A stretch of DNA of 64,000 bases from Octopus sinensis (GCF_006345805.1 NC_043001.1:52762001-52826000); one strand, 5' to 3'. Counted from the stretch's first letter, positions 13,045 to 26,286 are shown. Made by a program: numbers and translations. The notes: generated from the sequence alone by a model not told the origin.

Positions 13045-13552
13045 TCATCAAAGTGACACTGGGATAAAATATACGAAGCCCAGTATAACTATCATGACTA
13101 CCCGTCTGATAAGGGTACACCAGGCACATGCATCACAACCATATGTGCGCGACATGGTGATCTCATATCAAGATAAACAGCGCATGACCTAGTAGGTGGG
13201 GCCCAGTTAGAATTGTCTTCTGGTCGAATAGCCAATCCCCCTGAAAAGGACCCTGAATAAGGATTGTTTAAGGACGTTGAACTAACCACCCATGTTTCCA
13301 AAGGTGAATTATCCAAACCTCTAAGAATTTCTTTCAACACATGGCTATGATGCTACCCCACTACTTCTGCTTGTGATCAGGGACGTGGTCAACTGGTTAA
13401 GGTCAAACAACTGACAAGCAAATCTGTGGTGTTGAGCAGAATATTTAGTGTAGCTCATCTTTTATACCAAAACAAAACAATGTACATGATAACACTTCCA
13501 ATGAGTCTAGATCAGAAGCCATGAGAGCCACTGTCTGATAGTGCATCAGGGC
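13045..13552 (-). mobile_element. SINE-like non-autonomous element (family E here) embedded in TAA/TGA repeats
   Basis: 13050-13290 is the reverse complement of 58735-58985. Both copies abut (TAA)n. Sense strand is inferred from the tail. Confidence 0.7.
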
Positions 13553-13594
<42 letters not shown>

Positions 13595-13722
13595 TATTAT
13601 TACTATTATTATTACTATTATTATTACTATTATTATTACTATTATTATTACTATTATTATTACTATTAATATTACTATTATTATTACTATTATTATTACT
13701 ATTATTATTATTATTATTATTA

Positions 13723-13766
<44 letters not shown>

Positions 13767-14007
13767 GCTATTGTTATTGCTATTATTATTGCTATTATTA
13801 TTGCTATTATTATTACTATTATTATTACTATTATTATTGCTATTATTATTGCTATTATTGTTACTATTATTATTGCTATTATTATTACTATTATTATTAC
13901 TATTATTATTACTATTATTATTACTATTGTTATTACTATTATTATTACTATTATTATTACTATTATTATTACTATTATTATTACTATTATTATTATTATT
14001 ATTATTA

Positions 14008-14047
<40 letters not shown>

Positions 14048-14057
14048 TATTATTATT
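13553..14057. repeat. ~500-bp compound (TTA)n microsatellite with 12-bp higher-order variants
   Basis: Read directly; recurring CTATTATTATTA and TTGCTATTATTA units. Confidence 0.95.
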
Positions 14058-15690
14058 ATTTCTCTTTAAGACAGTTTCTATTGGAGCTCCTGGATTCTTA
14101 CATGTGTAGCGGGTTTGCTACCTGAATCCTGCGGTACCATGCTATCCATTCTTTTCAGTTATTTAATGCTTTCCTGAGTACCTTTTCTAACAGCTATACT
14201 GGACACTTTATTTCAATTTCATTTGTTTTCCCCTTCGTACTGATACTATTGCCAAGGACCCAGCAATAACTGGCACTCTCTTCACCTTCCTCATTTTCCA
14301 TAATCGGGCGCTATTTCGTACTTAAAAGGGTTGTATTTATCTATCTTTTTGCCTTCCTTCTTCATTATTCGTAGGTCAAAGGGGCATGCAACACCACCTA
14401 TATAACGTATGTTCTACATCTTGTCCACCACCACTACGTCCGGTCTGTTTGGATTGGGAAATCTGAGAGGATTTTGCTAGTCTTACCTTTCCCTAGCTCC
14501 CAGTTTTCGCACACTTTTCAATGTAGCACTTTCTCTTCCTGATCGTGTTGTCACAACTTGGGTTTGGGGGAATATCCAGCTTCTTTTGCGGCCGCAGCGG
14601 CTACTGCATATACTTCATAATTTTCACCTGTTCATATTGACATTTGTTTCTGTGGCTATTAGTTCAGTGACAGCCAGGTTCATGCTATTTATAATTGATG
14701 TTGTTTTATTATCAATTTTAATTTTTCGGAGGTACAATCGGTGGTCCATACTGAGATATGTGGCTTTCAATTCTTTGATTATGCTCATTTTAGAGTGTTA
14801 TAATCATTAGTTTCACCTTCATTGTTTCCAGGTTTTAGATTTATTTCTTATTCCTTCCGTTTATATTTTTATTAGTAGTGATCTGTTTTGCTGCATTTTG
14901 CTCATCATTATACATTCCTAAGGTCTGGGTTTCTTCTCTTTGTTGTTTACTTCGTCTTCGTTGGACATGTTACATCTACCTTCGTGTTTTACAGTCCCAG
15001 TTTTTATGATATTATTTGGCATTGCTGTGTGGTGACTACTTACATTTTCCTGGTGTATTTTTCCTTTTAAGCGTTCTATTTCTATTTTTGATGCATTGCT
15101 TTGTTTTGAAAATATATCTCCGTATGTTAGCCAGTTTATTAGGGTTCATTGCTGTATCCATATCTTTATCTAGGTTAATTTTCTTCCAGATTTCATATGT
15201 ATATGTTGTTGTGTTGTCGTTCTTTGGGCAGAGCACTACTGTAAAATAAGCGTGTAGGATTGAAATATATTCTTCACGTGTTCATTTATGCATTTTTTAA
15301 ATTTTATTTGCGGGACGTAAGGAATAACGTCCCGTCCGTTATTTTGATCGTCATCACTTGCGTAGGGTACCGGTCCGTTCATTTTTGATGTTAAATGCTT
15401 TTGCAGGCGTAGTTTTTCGTACATTTTGTGTAACAAGTTTAAAGTACGTACTTCCTGATTGTTATCCTTGGGGTTGAATAATACGGGTATTATTTAATTT
15501 ATTCTTCATTTTTTTTGTGTATGGTGTTTGGGTACGGAGATGACCTGATGATGATTGAATCGTGAGGTAGCGAGCGTGTTTACACGTGTTGTGAGGGCGA
15601 TGAAGATGACACATATAAAATACATCATTTCATTTGGAAAATGGAAATAAATTTTAGTATTTCTTACACGGATATAGTCCAACACTTTGT
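14058..15690 (-). mobile_element. R4/Dong-clade non-LTR retrotransposon (restriction-like endonuclease), internally deleted
   Basis: Minus strand: PNRPDVVVVDK, VACPFDLRIMKKEGKKIDKYNPFKYEIARLWKMRKVKRVPVIAGSL, matching the RLE domain; the 3' UTR runs straight into (TAA)n. Confidence 0.8.
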
Positions 15691-15789
15691 CTGTTATTTT
15701 AGGCCCGATTTCTAGTCTTTATTCCCGATGACTTTCGAAGCAGTGTTTTATCGCTATCACTTGATAAACTTCCCCGGTGTAATCTTTTG

Positions 15790-15825
15790 CTGATGATGAT
15801 GATGATGATGATAATGATGATAATG

Positions 15826-15882
<57 letters not shown>

Positions 15883-15948
15883 GTTATTATTATCATCATC
15901 ATCATCATCATTATTATTATTATTATTATTATTGTTATTATTATTGCG
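15790..15948. repeat. (GAT)n/(AAT)n followed by an inverted (ATT)n/(ATC)n microsatellite block
   Basis: Read directly; strand polarity flips at ~15882. Confidence 0.9.
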
Positions 15949-18691
15949 ATACCACCTCATCCAGTCGACTTTTAGTAAACGTCTGCTAAACAGAGATATT
16001 TTAAGAATATTAGACATTATTTAGGAAACTAATATCACCTTATTTCTTCAGTAGCGAAAACATTCTTAATTGTATTATGAATTTCAATGACAGACTCCAT
16101 CAAAATGATTCGTAAAAGTAAAGCAATGTAAATTAACATTTATTCCATGACGTTTAATAAGATAAACTCAGTATCATATTAAGCAATAAAAATACAATAC
16201 AAAGGCAATTTAATTATATACTGACTATAGGAAAAATTTTGTTGAAAGCTTTAAATTTTCTATTTTAAGAGTTATTATATCCGGTTAATATTTCCTAATC
16301 GTTTCATTATAGCTACAATATCATTAAATATTTTGATATGAACGACACCAAAACGGTAATTTGCCACTGGGAAATCGTCTGGAACACTTACGTTAACAAA
16401 GTTTTCAGAAATGTAGGATAGCAAATTAATACATGATTAGGCTTTTCGTCTAATATTACCAGAAGTATTTTTCCCATATTCGATGAAAGGCAAGTCCTGT
16501 ATCTAAGTTATGAATTTATTGGCCTTGATCTCTTACAGAGTCAATTGTCCGAGAGACATTTTCCTATGAAAACCAAATAGGAGAGTAATTCAATATATAG
16601 TACGTAACAGCTCAATGTAAAATGTTGATTATTTGTAATACAAACCTACTTCATACTTCATCTATGACTATGAATTTTTTAAATATAATTAATTATTAAG
16701 ATTAAAACGTTCATGGTAAACTCTAAATAGGAAGCAGATTCAGATGCATACTAAAAACTAATATCATCTCATAGTACAGTATCTATGATTGATATATGTG
16801 CCAGCTTTTATTTGCAACATCTCTACATTCTTTGCAGTCTGCGTAAGTAGAATATAAAAAAAAAATATTGGTCGTCGCCAACCAGTCATATTTATAGACT
16901 ATCATGGTTGATTGTAATTCGGATAATTATAGTCAATTTCTAGGCATTAATTTGTGGAGAATCACGAGATACATAGTGATAAAGAAAAGAGATTTGTTAC
17001 CGTCTATGTGATAATACTGTCAAACGAAATATACTGTTTGACAGTATTATCAAACAAAATACAATGAGAGCAAAAATATTTTAATAACATGTCGCAGGCA
17101 GAACTTTGATCTCGAGGTTTTCAAACGCACGTCTATATTTATAGAAATATTAATGCTTTTTATCGCTGTTTTATGAACGCTTAAAGTGCAACAAATAACA
17201 TGACGTATTCCCAATTCACTTCAGATGTTTCAAATAGTATACTATACTGAAATTGCGTATTGTTTATAACAAAACAAACAACTAATACAATATTCGATTT
17301 CGTACGACGAATTCAATTAGATATGTGCCAAATTAAAGAATATACTTTGAACAATTTGTAAGTACTTTGAATATGGATTTTCTTAGTGAATTATGGTTAT
17401 GCCATCGTAATATAGCATCCCAACGTAATCATTATCCTTACATTATAAAACCCTTGACGTCGTCTTTCCATTGCAAGAATCGATTAAAAGAAGCGCCTTC
17501 CCGGCTTATCACGTATCTAATCAATGTTTTCTTAATACGAATATTAAAAGTATTATTTATAACGTCATTTGACATACATCTTTATATCTTCAAATGGGTT
17601 GAAAGATATTCTTCTCTTTGGAGATGAATCAATACTAGCTTATCAGAAAGTTCGCTCAAGTTCGATATCTTTGAAAATGCTCCTGATTTCTCTTCTCATA
17701 AAATTCCCTCTTTAAACTAAGCTATATTAAGATTTGTGATTATTTAGAAATGTACTGATATTCTCTTGAATTGACAACACTGACTGGTAAGAAGATAGCT
17801 CATTAAACTAGGATTAATAGGAACATATATTTGAAATATCTTTTTGGAATCAACCACAGGTGCACATTGCGCACAATATGTGTATGTCAAAAGAAGATGC
17901 TATTCTCGTTTAATATAACGATCCGTAGAATCTAGATTGGCCATAGGTATAGAAAATAACAATATTGATGTACGTCCTGCTTGCATGTATACAGTCATAT
18001 TTTAATGATTTCCTCTGACATTTTATTCATAAACATGGTATCGGATCATATCAAGCATCATACCACTATTATCAAACTATTGTACGTACGCCATTTCATA
18101 CCTATTGAATTAGCAGATAAAACTTAATTTCTCTAAATCTTTTAATGGTAGGATATTTTTGAATTCTGCTGTAAGAAAATCTTTATCTAGTGCAACCATT
18201 CGTGAGTAGAATCAATTTCAAGATTCTTTTTGTTGACTCACAGGTGATACGATGGGCAGATTCTGTATAAGTCTGAAACAGGTTTATGCATTTATAAATA
18301 TCATTGATAAGGCACAGTGAATGTCTGTTAACATTTTTCTTTCGATAACAACTCACTGACACATCTTGATTTAGTAAATTTACAACTTTCTTTTCAAACA
18401 AGCCTCTAACAATTTTATTCAAACTAGTTGGCATCGAACTTTCCACAGCTTTGTATTGAACGTCTGTACAAAATGCAACATCTTCAACATTGTGGAGTTC
18501 ACAAAATGGGATTGGTAGTCTCTCCTTCTTTGTTGATGAATGCTTTTGTATAATTCTCATATGTTTTCTGTGACAGTATGCGTAGTATTTTGCACTACTT
18601 TTATTCATTACTCTTACAGTAATTCTTTCTCGTCAGTCTCACCTTAGACATCCCATACAGTAACTTCTTTCCTAAGGAAGAATTGACAGTG

Positions 18692-18772
18692 TCACTCTGA
18701 ACTGTTCTTCATTTCTGAAGAAAGGAATGCTGTGAGAGCCCTCCCCAGGCCTTTCATGTCACTTAACGCAGC
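18692..18772 (-). CDS. Candidate terminal coding exon of an unidentified host gene (AALSDMKGLGRALTAFLSSEMKNSSE*)
   Basis: Long pyrimidine tract (minus strand of 18775-18880) ending tggtacAG|GCT; only the phase-0 frame is open, for 26 codons; followed by ~1 kb of non-repetitive UTR-like sequence. No homology recognised. Confidence 0.3.
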   Translation of the reverse strand, partial: AALSDMKGLGRALTAFLSSEMKNSSE

Positions 18773-18834
18773 CTGTACCAGAAGACAGATATAGTGAAAG
18801 AGAGAGATGGAAAGAGAAAGTGAAAGAGAATGTA

Positions 18835-18865
<31 letters not shown>

Positions 18866-19170
18866 GCAGAGAGTAGGAGAGATATATAGGATGAAAAGGA
18901 TATATATATAATTAAATAATGAGGGAAGAAATTGATATTAATCAATTAAAACCAGAGGTTTAGCATATTTTAAAAATCTTAAGATTAAAAATTATATTAT
19001 ACACAAATGTAAGAGGAATGACCACTAAAGTGGACTCCTAATATGCTAAATATACACGTCAATTCGTCATTTCCACAAAGAATGTGTTCTCAAGAAAAAT
19101 TTCAGCAAAACGCCGAAATGTGAAAATGAGCAACGCAAATGAAAATATACGAAATATAAAAAAACGATTA

Positions 19171-19237
19171 ACTACGTACCATTGTTTCCCTTGTTAATAT
19201 TCATGTATGTAAATATCTGCAAGATCATCAGCGTAGT
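19171..19237 (-). ncRNA. Minimal type I hammerhead ribozyme (PLE-type)
   Basis: Minus strand: ACTACG CTGATGA TCTTG-[26 nt]-CAAGG GAAA C AATG G TA CGTAGT. Six-bp stem I, intact core, 2-bp stem III, GUA triplet; stem II opens with U-G rather than G-C. Confidence 0.7.
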
Positions 19238-19565
19238 CTGTCGCTTACAAAACACAATTTTCAGAACTAGACACAGAACGCTCAGCCGTAAGAGAGTATG
19301 CATAAAGCTCTGCAAATTATAGTTGGGGGTATTTTTCAAATGTCTCGGAAACAACTCCGCAGTTAATAAATTTCAGCAGCTAATTTAACGGTTAGAAAGC
19401 ATTGCTAATTAAATGTAAATAATGAGAGTAGAAATTGATATTAAACAATTAAAACCAGTGGCTTAGAATGTTTAAATATCCGAAGATAAAAAATTATATT
19501 GCATAAAAAATCGCCATTACCACGAAGAGTATGTTTTCAAGAAAAAATTCAGCAAAACGTGACAC

Positions 19566-19632
19566 ACTGCGCCGATGATCTTGTAGATAGTTACATACGT
19601 AAATATTAGCGAGTGAAACCATAGCACGTAGG
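19566..19632 (+). ncRNA. Degenerate copy of the 19171 hammerhead
   Basis: actgcg CCGATGA tcttg...cgagt GAAA c cata g ca cgtagg: core U4 changed to C and cleavage U changed to C. Confidence 0.5.
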
Positions 19633-19789
19633 TAATCGTTTATTATTTCGTATATTTTCATTTGTCTTGCTCTTTATACATTCTGGCGTTTGGCTGAATT
19701 TTTTCTTGAGAACATACTCTTCGTGGCAATGGTGATATGACGTCTATATTTACCGTAGTAGGAGTCCACTTTATTGGTCATTCCTATTA

Positions 19790-19848
<59 letters not shown>

Positions 19849-19909
19849 CTGAGATATACTTGCATAGCATGTAACCTGATCTGAGATCGTGTGGTGAAAC
19901 AAAAACAAC

Positions 19910-20183
19910 TGCAGCGTGGAAGGTAAACGTAAGCCATTTAAGAACACACAAAAATCGTTAGATTCACTTCAAAATTTAAATTTAGTTTGGCAAAATATTT
20001 TTGTCGCTTTCACACCGCGACCTGATTACTGACAACATTCCGATGGAGCACGGGATTTTGTCAGTGATCAGGTCGCGGTCTGAAAGCGACAAAAAATATT
20101 TTGCCAAACTAAATTAAAATTTTAAAGTGAATCTACGGTTTTTGTGCGTCTTTAAATGCCTTATAAACACCTCTCACGCTGCA
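19910..20183. repeat. Near-perfect foldback element (~126-bp arms, 22-nt loop)
   Basis: tgcagcgtgg...aaatttagtttggcaaaatatttttgtcgctttcacaccgcgacctgattactgacaa / ttgtcagtgatcaggtcgcggtctgaaagcgacaaaaaatattttgccaaactaaatt...cacgctgca. Confidence 0.95.
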
Positions 20184-20186
20184 AAT

Positions 20187-20219
<33 letters not shown>

Positions 20220-20220
<1 letters not shown>

Positions 20221-21400
20221 CTTAGGTGGCCACGTCGGAGATAGAGCAGTCTCGGGCATTGATCGCACAGCAGGGCGGGTGATGGTCTTTGCCAGAGTTA
20301 CTGGGCCTTGCGTCGCCTTTCATTTTGCTTCTTCAGTCTTTCTGTTTTTCAAGAGTGGAAAAGCTGAAATGAATTGTTCTTGAACAGGATCGACGGTCAG
20401 CAGCTTCTGTTTCTCAGGTGTATCGGCTGATGCTGGCTTGAAGGAGGGAAGACTTTAGTTGCTCTTTGAATCTACGTTTTGGGGCTCCTCGATACCGTTT
20501 GCCATTGATGAGTTTACTGTAGAAAATGGAAAATGGTCCGCAGTAGTCTTGAAGGGGCCATTCAGATAGAAAAATCCTGAGCTTCCGATGCGATATTTGA
20601 GGGTGACAGTTCAGTGCTTGGCATTTCTCCGTTGTTGGTGTGTCGGTCCTGCCATTTGATGTTGAGGATCTGCCGAAACTTAGCTTGTTGGAAATGCTCA
20701 AGCTTTTTCGGGTCTTTTCGATACAGGGGTCATGTCCTGCAAGCGGATATATAGATGGAGAAGACAACGGCGCGGAATACCATGAATTGTGTTCGGATGG
20801 AGAGCGTGCGGTTACTGAATTCGCGCTTGGTGGGTCTTCCGAAGGCCCAATGAGCAAATATGATGCAGTGGTCGCCGTCTCTTTCACATGTTCCGGATTA
20901 TGAAAGAGTAGTGCTGAGGTAATGAAAGTCATTGACAACTTCCATTGGTGTGTCCTCTATGTCGATGGTTACTTCTAGCATTTCTTATCCAGAAACAGAC
21001 TGCTTTGGTATCTTTGATTTGTTCACATTCAATTCCATTCTAAAACGATTGTAGGCTACAATGATTCGTTGGCAGTCGGCAACGGAGGAGGTATGGTGAC
21101 ATTGTCGTCTGCATATTTGAATACCTGGCTGCTGATACTCGATGTTCGAGTTTTGGATCTCAGGCGCGCAAGGTTGATGAGTCTGCCGTCCAGGCAATAG
21201 CGGATGTCAACACCAGGAGAGTCATTGACATGTGGCATCTCATCAACGCCATTGTTGTGTTGTCTCGATTCACCAGAAACAATACTACATATAGTAGTGT
21301 GTCTACAATGTAGCTGAAACAGAGAGTTTCACAATACAGCCCGCTAAATTGCTCTTGAGGATACTTTTTGGTTATCTGCATCTTGCTGAATACTTCTCTC
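20220..21400 (-). mobile_element. RTE (BovB-like) LINE remnant
   Basis: IRYCLDGRLINLARLRSKTRT...FKYADD (ORF 21056-21238) and LINGKRYRGAPKRRFKEQLKSSL (ORF 20414-20938). Confidence 0.85.
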
Positions 21401-21929
21401 TCTCATTTGATTTAGTTAGTTTGATTCTATTGGCGTTGCTAGTGACTTTCTGATGGACGTGCATAACTCGATGTAGTAATTGTGTTACTTTGCCATTTTT
21501 TTCTAGTGGTTTAACCTGAATCCCCAAACCACCATTCGTTTTCGTATATCGGTTAAAGTGATGGTTTTTTTCTTTTCTTTCTGTCTACCTTACAGGTTTT
21601 GATTCTTGCAAATTTTTACTACATTGGAGTTGGCATTTCCCTGCTTACACTAAATCTCCAGTGTTTTTATGTCACCTGTTATTTATCAGTTTGCAATTAA
21701 GAATATCCTGCTTTCTGAAACGTGATATTACCTATTTTTCCTTTTCGGCAATACACGTGTTGTGATAATATATTGTAACTATTGTGGTATACAGAAGGCA
21801 TGAAACATGTTTGTAATGATTGATATTGTTTATTGGTGAGCCAATTTACCTTTGCATTTCCCTTCTTTTGTTTTCCTAGATATACATAAACATTCAATGG
21901 CTTACCGCAACTAAATCATTCTAAATTAA

Positions 21930-22450
21930 GGCCAACTCTTACTGACCCATTTTGTGAAACACATTGTCAGCTACTTTCCCGCCACACTAGAGAAAAACAG
22001 TTTGAAATATTTACCAAACTTCATACCTTCCGGGACGCTTTTCTACAACACTTCGTTTGTTAATTTGATGTATTAATGAAATTTTAAACCAAATGGCCAA
22101 ACAATTATAAAGAAGGGAAAACAACAACATAGACTGTGATGGGAATGAAGATTGGCACTATTGTAGCGAATCTGATCGTGGCCACCTAGAAGCTCAAATG
22201 TATAAAAATATAAACTAAAGCATGGCATCAGCTTCCATAAACCGCTATCAGAAATATAGGAAACGTAACGCAGATGACCGTCTCATTCTAAATATCCAGA
22301 GTCCTGACAAAATTAATGACTTTCAAACCCTATCTACTTACCTCGACACACACAACAAACCGACAGATTAAAAACAATGCTTACTAAGCAATGCATGACA
22401 CCGAAATCACACTGAAGCAAATATACTAATTATCCTAGGGAGGAGTGTCA
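21930..22450 (+). mobile_element. Penelope-like reverse transcriptase remnant
   Basis: Frameshifted TVMGMKIG...ANLIV..LEAQMYK and RKRNADDRLI resemble the PLE RT motifs GTAMGTKMAPTYANL and WxRYxDD. Confidence 0.55.
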
Positions 22451-23864
22451 GCTAAGTAATTTTCCCTCTCTTTTCATTATTTTTTTTTGTGCGACCACAG
22501 TTACTTTACAACCAAAATGCGATAAATGGAGTAGGAAAATACTTGATAGACAAAGCCAAAAGTAACCTTGAAACTTAGAGAGTGACTTTAATGAAGTATA
22601 AACCATCAGGTATCTTCAAATAAAACAATAAGCGTATGGAGGACCATGGCAGAATTGTAACCAATTACATGCAACTAATGCAGATGGGATATCATACATA
22701 AACAAAAACAGGCATTACAAATTAAGTAATGATAACATCAAACAGTTGATCTGGCCTAAGCAAAAAAAGAAAAGCAATTAATTCATCAAATACATTTGCA
22801 GATGTCAGGTATGTACTAACCAAGCAAGGTTTTCGAGTACTGATATAAGACTATTCCAGAATCACAACACAAAACAAAGAAACAAAGAGCAACCAATATC
22901 TTCCAACAGTGAGATTACTGTGGCAGCTATGAAAATCATTTTATATGACAATCTTCCGCGCATACATATATAAGCCTGGAAAAAAATATAGATGAACTTG
23001 GGTTTAGGGGAGAGAATGCAACTTTTTTATTCATGGACAACAAATGATTATAATATACAGGACAATAAAAATCTGCAAGTACTACCTAAGATTTAAAGGA
23101 TAATGAACAAATGATGCCTTTCTGCAGAAGATTGTGATTAAGTAGGACAATTGGTCAATGTGGTCTATCAATATTTACTTTAAATTTCAAAGGACAACAC
23201 ATATATGCGTCATGTCTATATTTTTTTATGAAAATCGAAACGTTGACCTACATTTTGATCTGAAGATTTTTCATTCAAGGTGAAACGATCAAATTCACAC
23301 ATAATCTGCTCATCTCATGGAACACAAAATTTTCTTTTTTATAACTCTATTTTTAACGGAAATTTAGTCGTTAATCACATTATCACAAAGTAACGAACTG
23401 TAAATCATAAGCTATCGAAATGGGTGCGGCGTTTTCTATAGTGCCAATATAAATCAAACAATATTTCTGAATGCAAATATACATCAAACGATTGTGAAAG
23501 TAAGCTTTACATTTTTAAAAAAACCAAAATCAGCAATAATAAATTTTAATGTACTTAAAGTTGAAATCTGAAGAAATAACTAGATCATGTCTCATACAAA
23601 TTATATTAACTCGAAAATGAAACTCCACTACATCTGCTCTATTCTCATTGGAATCTCTTCTTAAAAGGAAATCTTTCTTTGTGTATATATCACATATCTC
23701 TCCCGATATTCACTGAAATATTCAGTTTAAAGAGGTCAGAAATTGGTAAAAACGGTAATTCCTGTGATGGAATGTTATGCTCCAATTCATGTATTCATTC
23801 TGACAGAGTTGACATTTGCATTTCATATTCTCCATCCATCCATACATCCATCTATCCCTCCATC

Positions 23865-24105
<241 letters not shown>

Positions 24106-24929
24106 GAGTGTATTGTTGACACATCGGCTCCTCGTAGGTTTGATTTATTTGTTTGCAAACAACTGTTGTTTCTTAAATACTTTTTGTCAAAGAGGTGTTT
24201 AATATCTGATTTGACCTAAGCAAATCTTTTTCTGGAAAATTCGCACTTTGGGGGTTAATTTCCAAATTTAAAATACTTCTTAAGCATTTTTTTGTCATAT
24301 TCCCTTAGAAAATTGCTAAGTCTAACGGAGAAGACAGCGTTTGTCTTAGTGAATTCCATCCGCTACCGAAGGTAGGGGAAGGTGAAATCAGCATCAATTC
24401 GCTAGCTCTCTCACACACACACACACACACACACCACACACACACACACACACAACTGAACGACGCATGCACACACAAGAAAGCCAGTTTGGCCGTAGAA
24501 AATATGAACGCTTACAACAGCAAACACCACCTCCACTACTGCTACTACCACCACCACCAACAAAAACACAACTAACACAAACAAACTCAAAAAAAATTTT
24601 TACGCTTCTTTAAAGGTGAAGAAAAAATTGTCATTTTCAAAGGAAGAACTACATGCTTGCAAGACAAGGCGGCTAAAAAGAGAACACATCAAACAACTGC
24701 AAACACATGTAAAGATTATAGAAACATAAAAAAAAAAAATAGTCATGTGCAAAACACTTAACATAAAAACAAAATGTTTCGAAACTGCCACCCAAGAAAC
24801 AGCAAAAAATGTTTGAGCGCCATATGGGCCTTTAAAAAACATATTACCAGAGGCAAACATTTGCCACTGTCGAAGTTAGATTTGGCACTGTAGGACGGGC
24901 CAAAGATCTCACTATGAAGTCTTTCGAAT

Positions 24930-26286
24930 GCGAAAATCTAATTATGATCCCTACATATATTGCTCGAAGGGTAACTGGAATAACAATTAAATATATGCCC
25001 CTTGAGATAGAAAGACAATAGCTTTATCTGCCATCTGCTATGATATCGAGGAGGCAATCCACATACTGGAAATTGCTGCCCTAGACCAGCAAAACTGACC
25101 GAAACACAATTAACAACATGCCACATCTCATCAAACTGGCAGACAGTGCTAATTTAAATGTGGCTGTCGAAGGCAGAAGGCCACGTTGCTATTTTACGGT
25201 AGTAAAACTCATTTAAAATTTGATTGCAAATTAGCACAAGAACAACAACAATAAGATCAAAAGATATTTTCATGTTTAGATTTACAAACACCTATAAGAA
25301 TAATCAGTCCAATAAATTTTTTTTAGTTGGGAGAGATCAATTTCCTTCCATTTATCTTTGTAAGCAACCTGACTTTCAGCATTTGTCAATTTACGCATTC
25401 CTTCAGTAAGATTCTCGCGCATAAAAATAGTAAAACATGTTTTAATGCTATGGCAAAACCTTTTAGCAAAACAAGATGATCCACATTCTTGGAGTTCTTA
25501 CTGCTGCTTGTTTAAGAGGATTAGAATGCCAAACGTCTTGTCTGTCTCAAGAAACATATTGCTCATTCATAACTGGGTGGCTTGCAGATTATTGTTTTTG
25601 AGTTTCTTCATTATCTGATGACACAGAACCTGAAATGCCCAGCACACAATCATTTCCACCATCATCTTCAGAACAATAGAAGGGATCACTACTATCTTTT
25701 CCCATTCGTCATCTAATTCCAGCAATCTTTTCGATATTTGGTCTTCACTCAAGTTTTCACATCTAGGCATATTAGAAAGTACAACTGAACTATATGAAAC
25801 ATGATAGCAGACTAAAGGCATATATTGCTGTCTCACATATTTCTGAAAGATGATGCAATATATAGTAAGAAATGCATCATCACATAGAAATATTGCATCA
25901 TTTTTTAATCTAGCAGATTGAAGGTGATGCAATATCACACAAAATTACTGGAATATTTTCATAATTTTTCATGTTCTATCTAAAATCCAGCATATAAATT
26001 GAATACAATTTTATCTAGGAAAATAATATTTGGTACTGCTGTTATTCTGTTTAGAATGTCAAGAATATTGACTGAATTTAATTCGGGGATCCAATGGACT
26101 CATACGGCAATTAATATATAAAGTGAAATTTCCTATCTTTTATAAACATACGGAAAATTTCCCATTTGACAAATAAAATAGAATCAAGAAATCAGCGGAA
26201 TCAAATAATATATACAGTAGGGTAAAAGCAACTCAAAGAAAAAGCTGAAATGGGATCATTGGACCCATTGGTAGACGAAAGATTAA
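24930..26286 (-). mobile_element. piggyBac transposon remnant
   Basis: Acidic N-terminus MPRCENLSEDQISKRLLELDDEWEKDSSDPFYCSEDD (~25780-25640); Cys-rich C-terminal remnant ...NICRDHN (~24940); one end reads TTAA-tctttcgtctaccaatgggtcc on the minus strand at ~26286. The other terminus was not found. Confidence 0.6.

Larger units (their letters stand above)
18910..19770. repeat. Cluster of direct and inverted copies of a PLE pseudo-LTR-like unit with hammerhead motifs
   Basis: 18915-19125 and 19415-19560 are direct repeats; 19140-19245 is the reverse complement of 19560-19660; 19680-19760 is an inverted copy of the unit end (aagagtatgttctcaagaaaaaattcagc). Confidence 0.8.

Noticed and set aside
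16393-16556. Minus-strand exon-like segment with good AG and GTAAGT signals
   Set aside because: All three frames from the best acceptor hit stops; such motifs are expected by chance; could only be non-coding.
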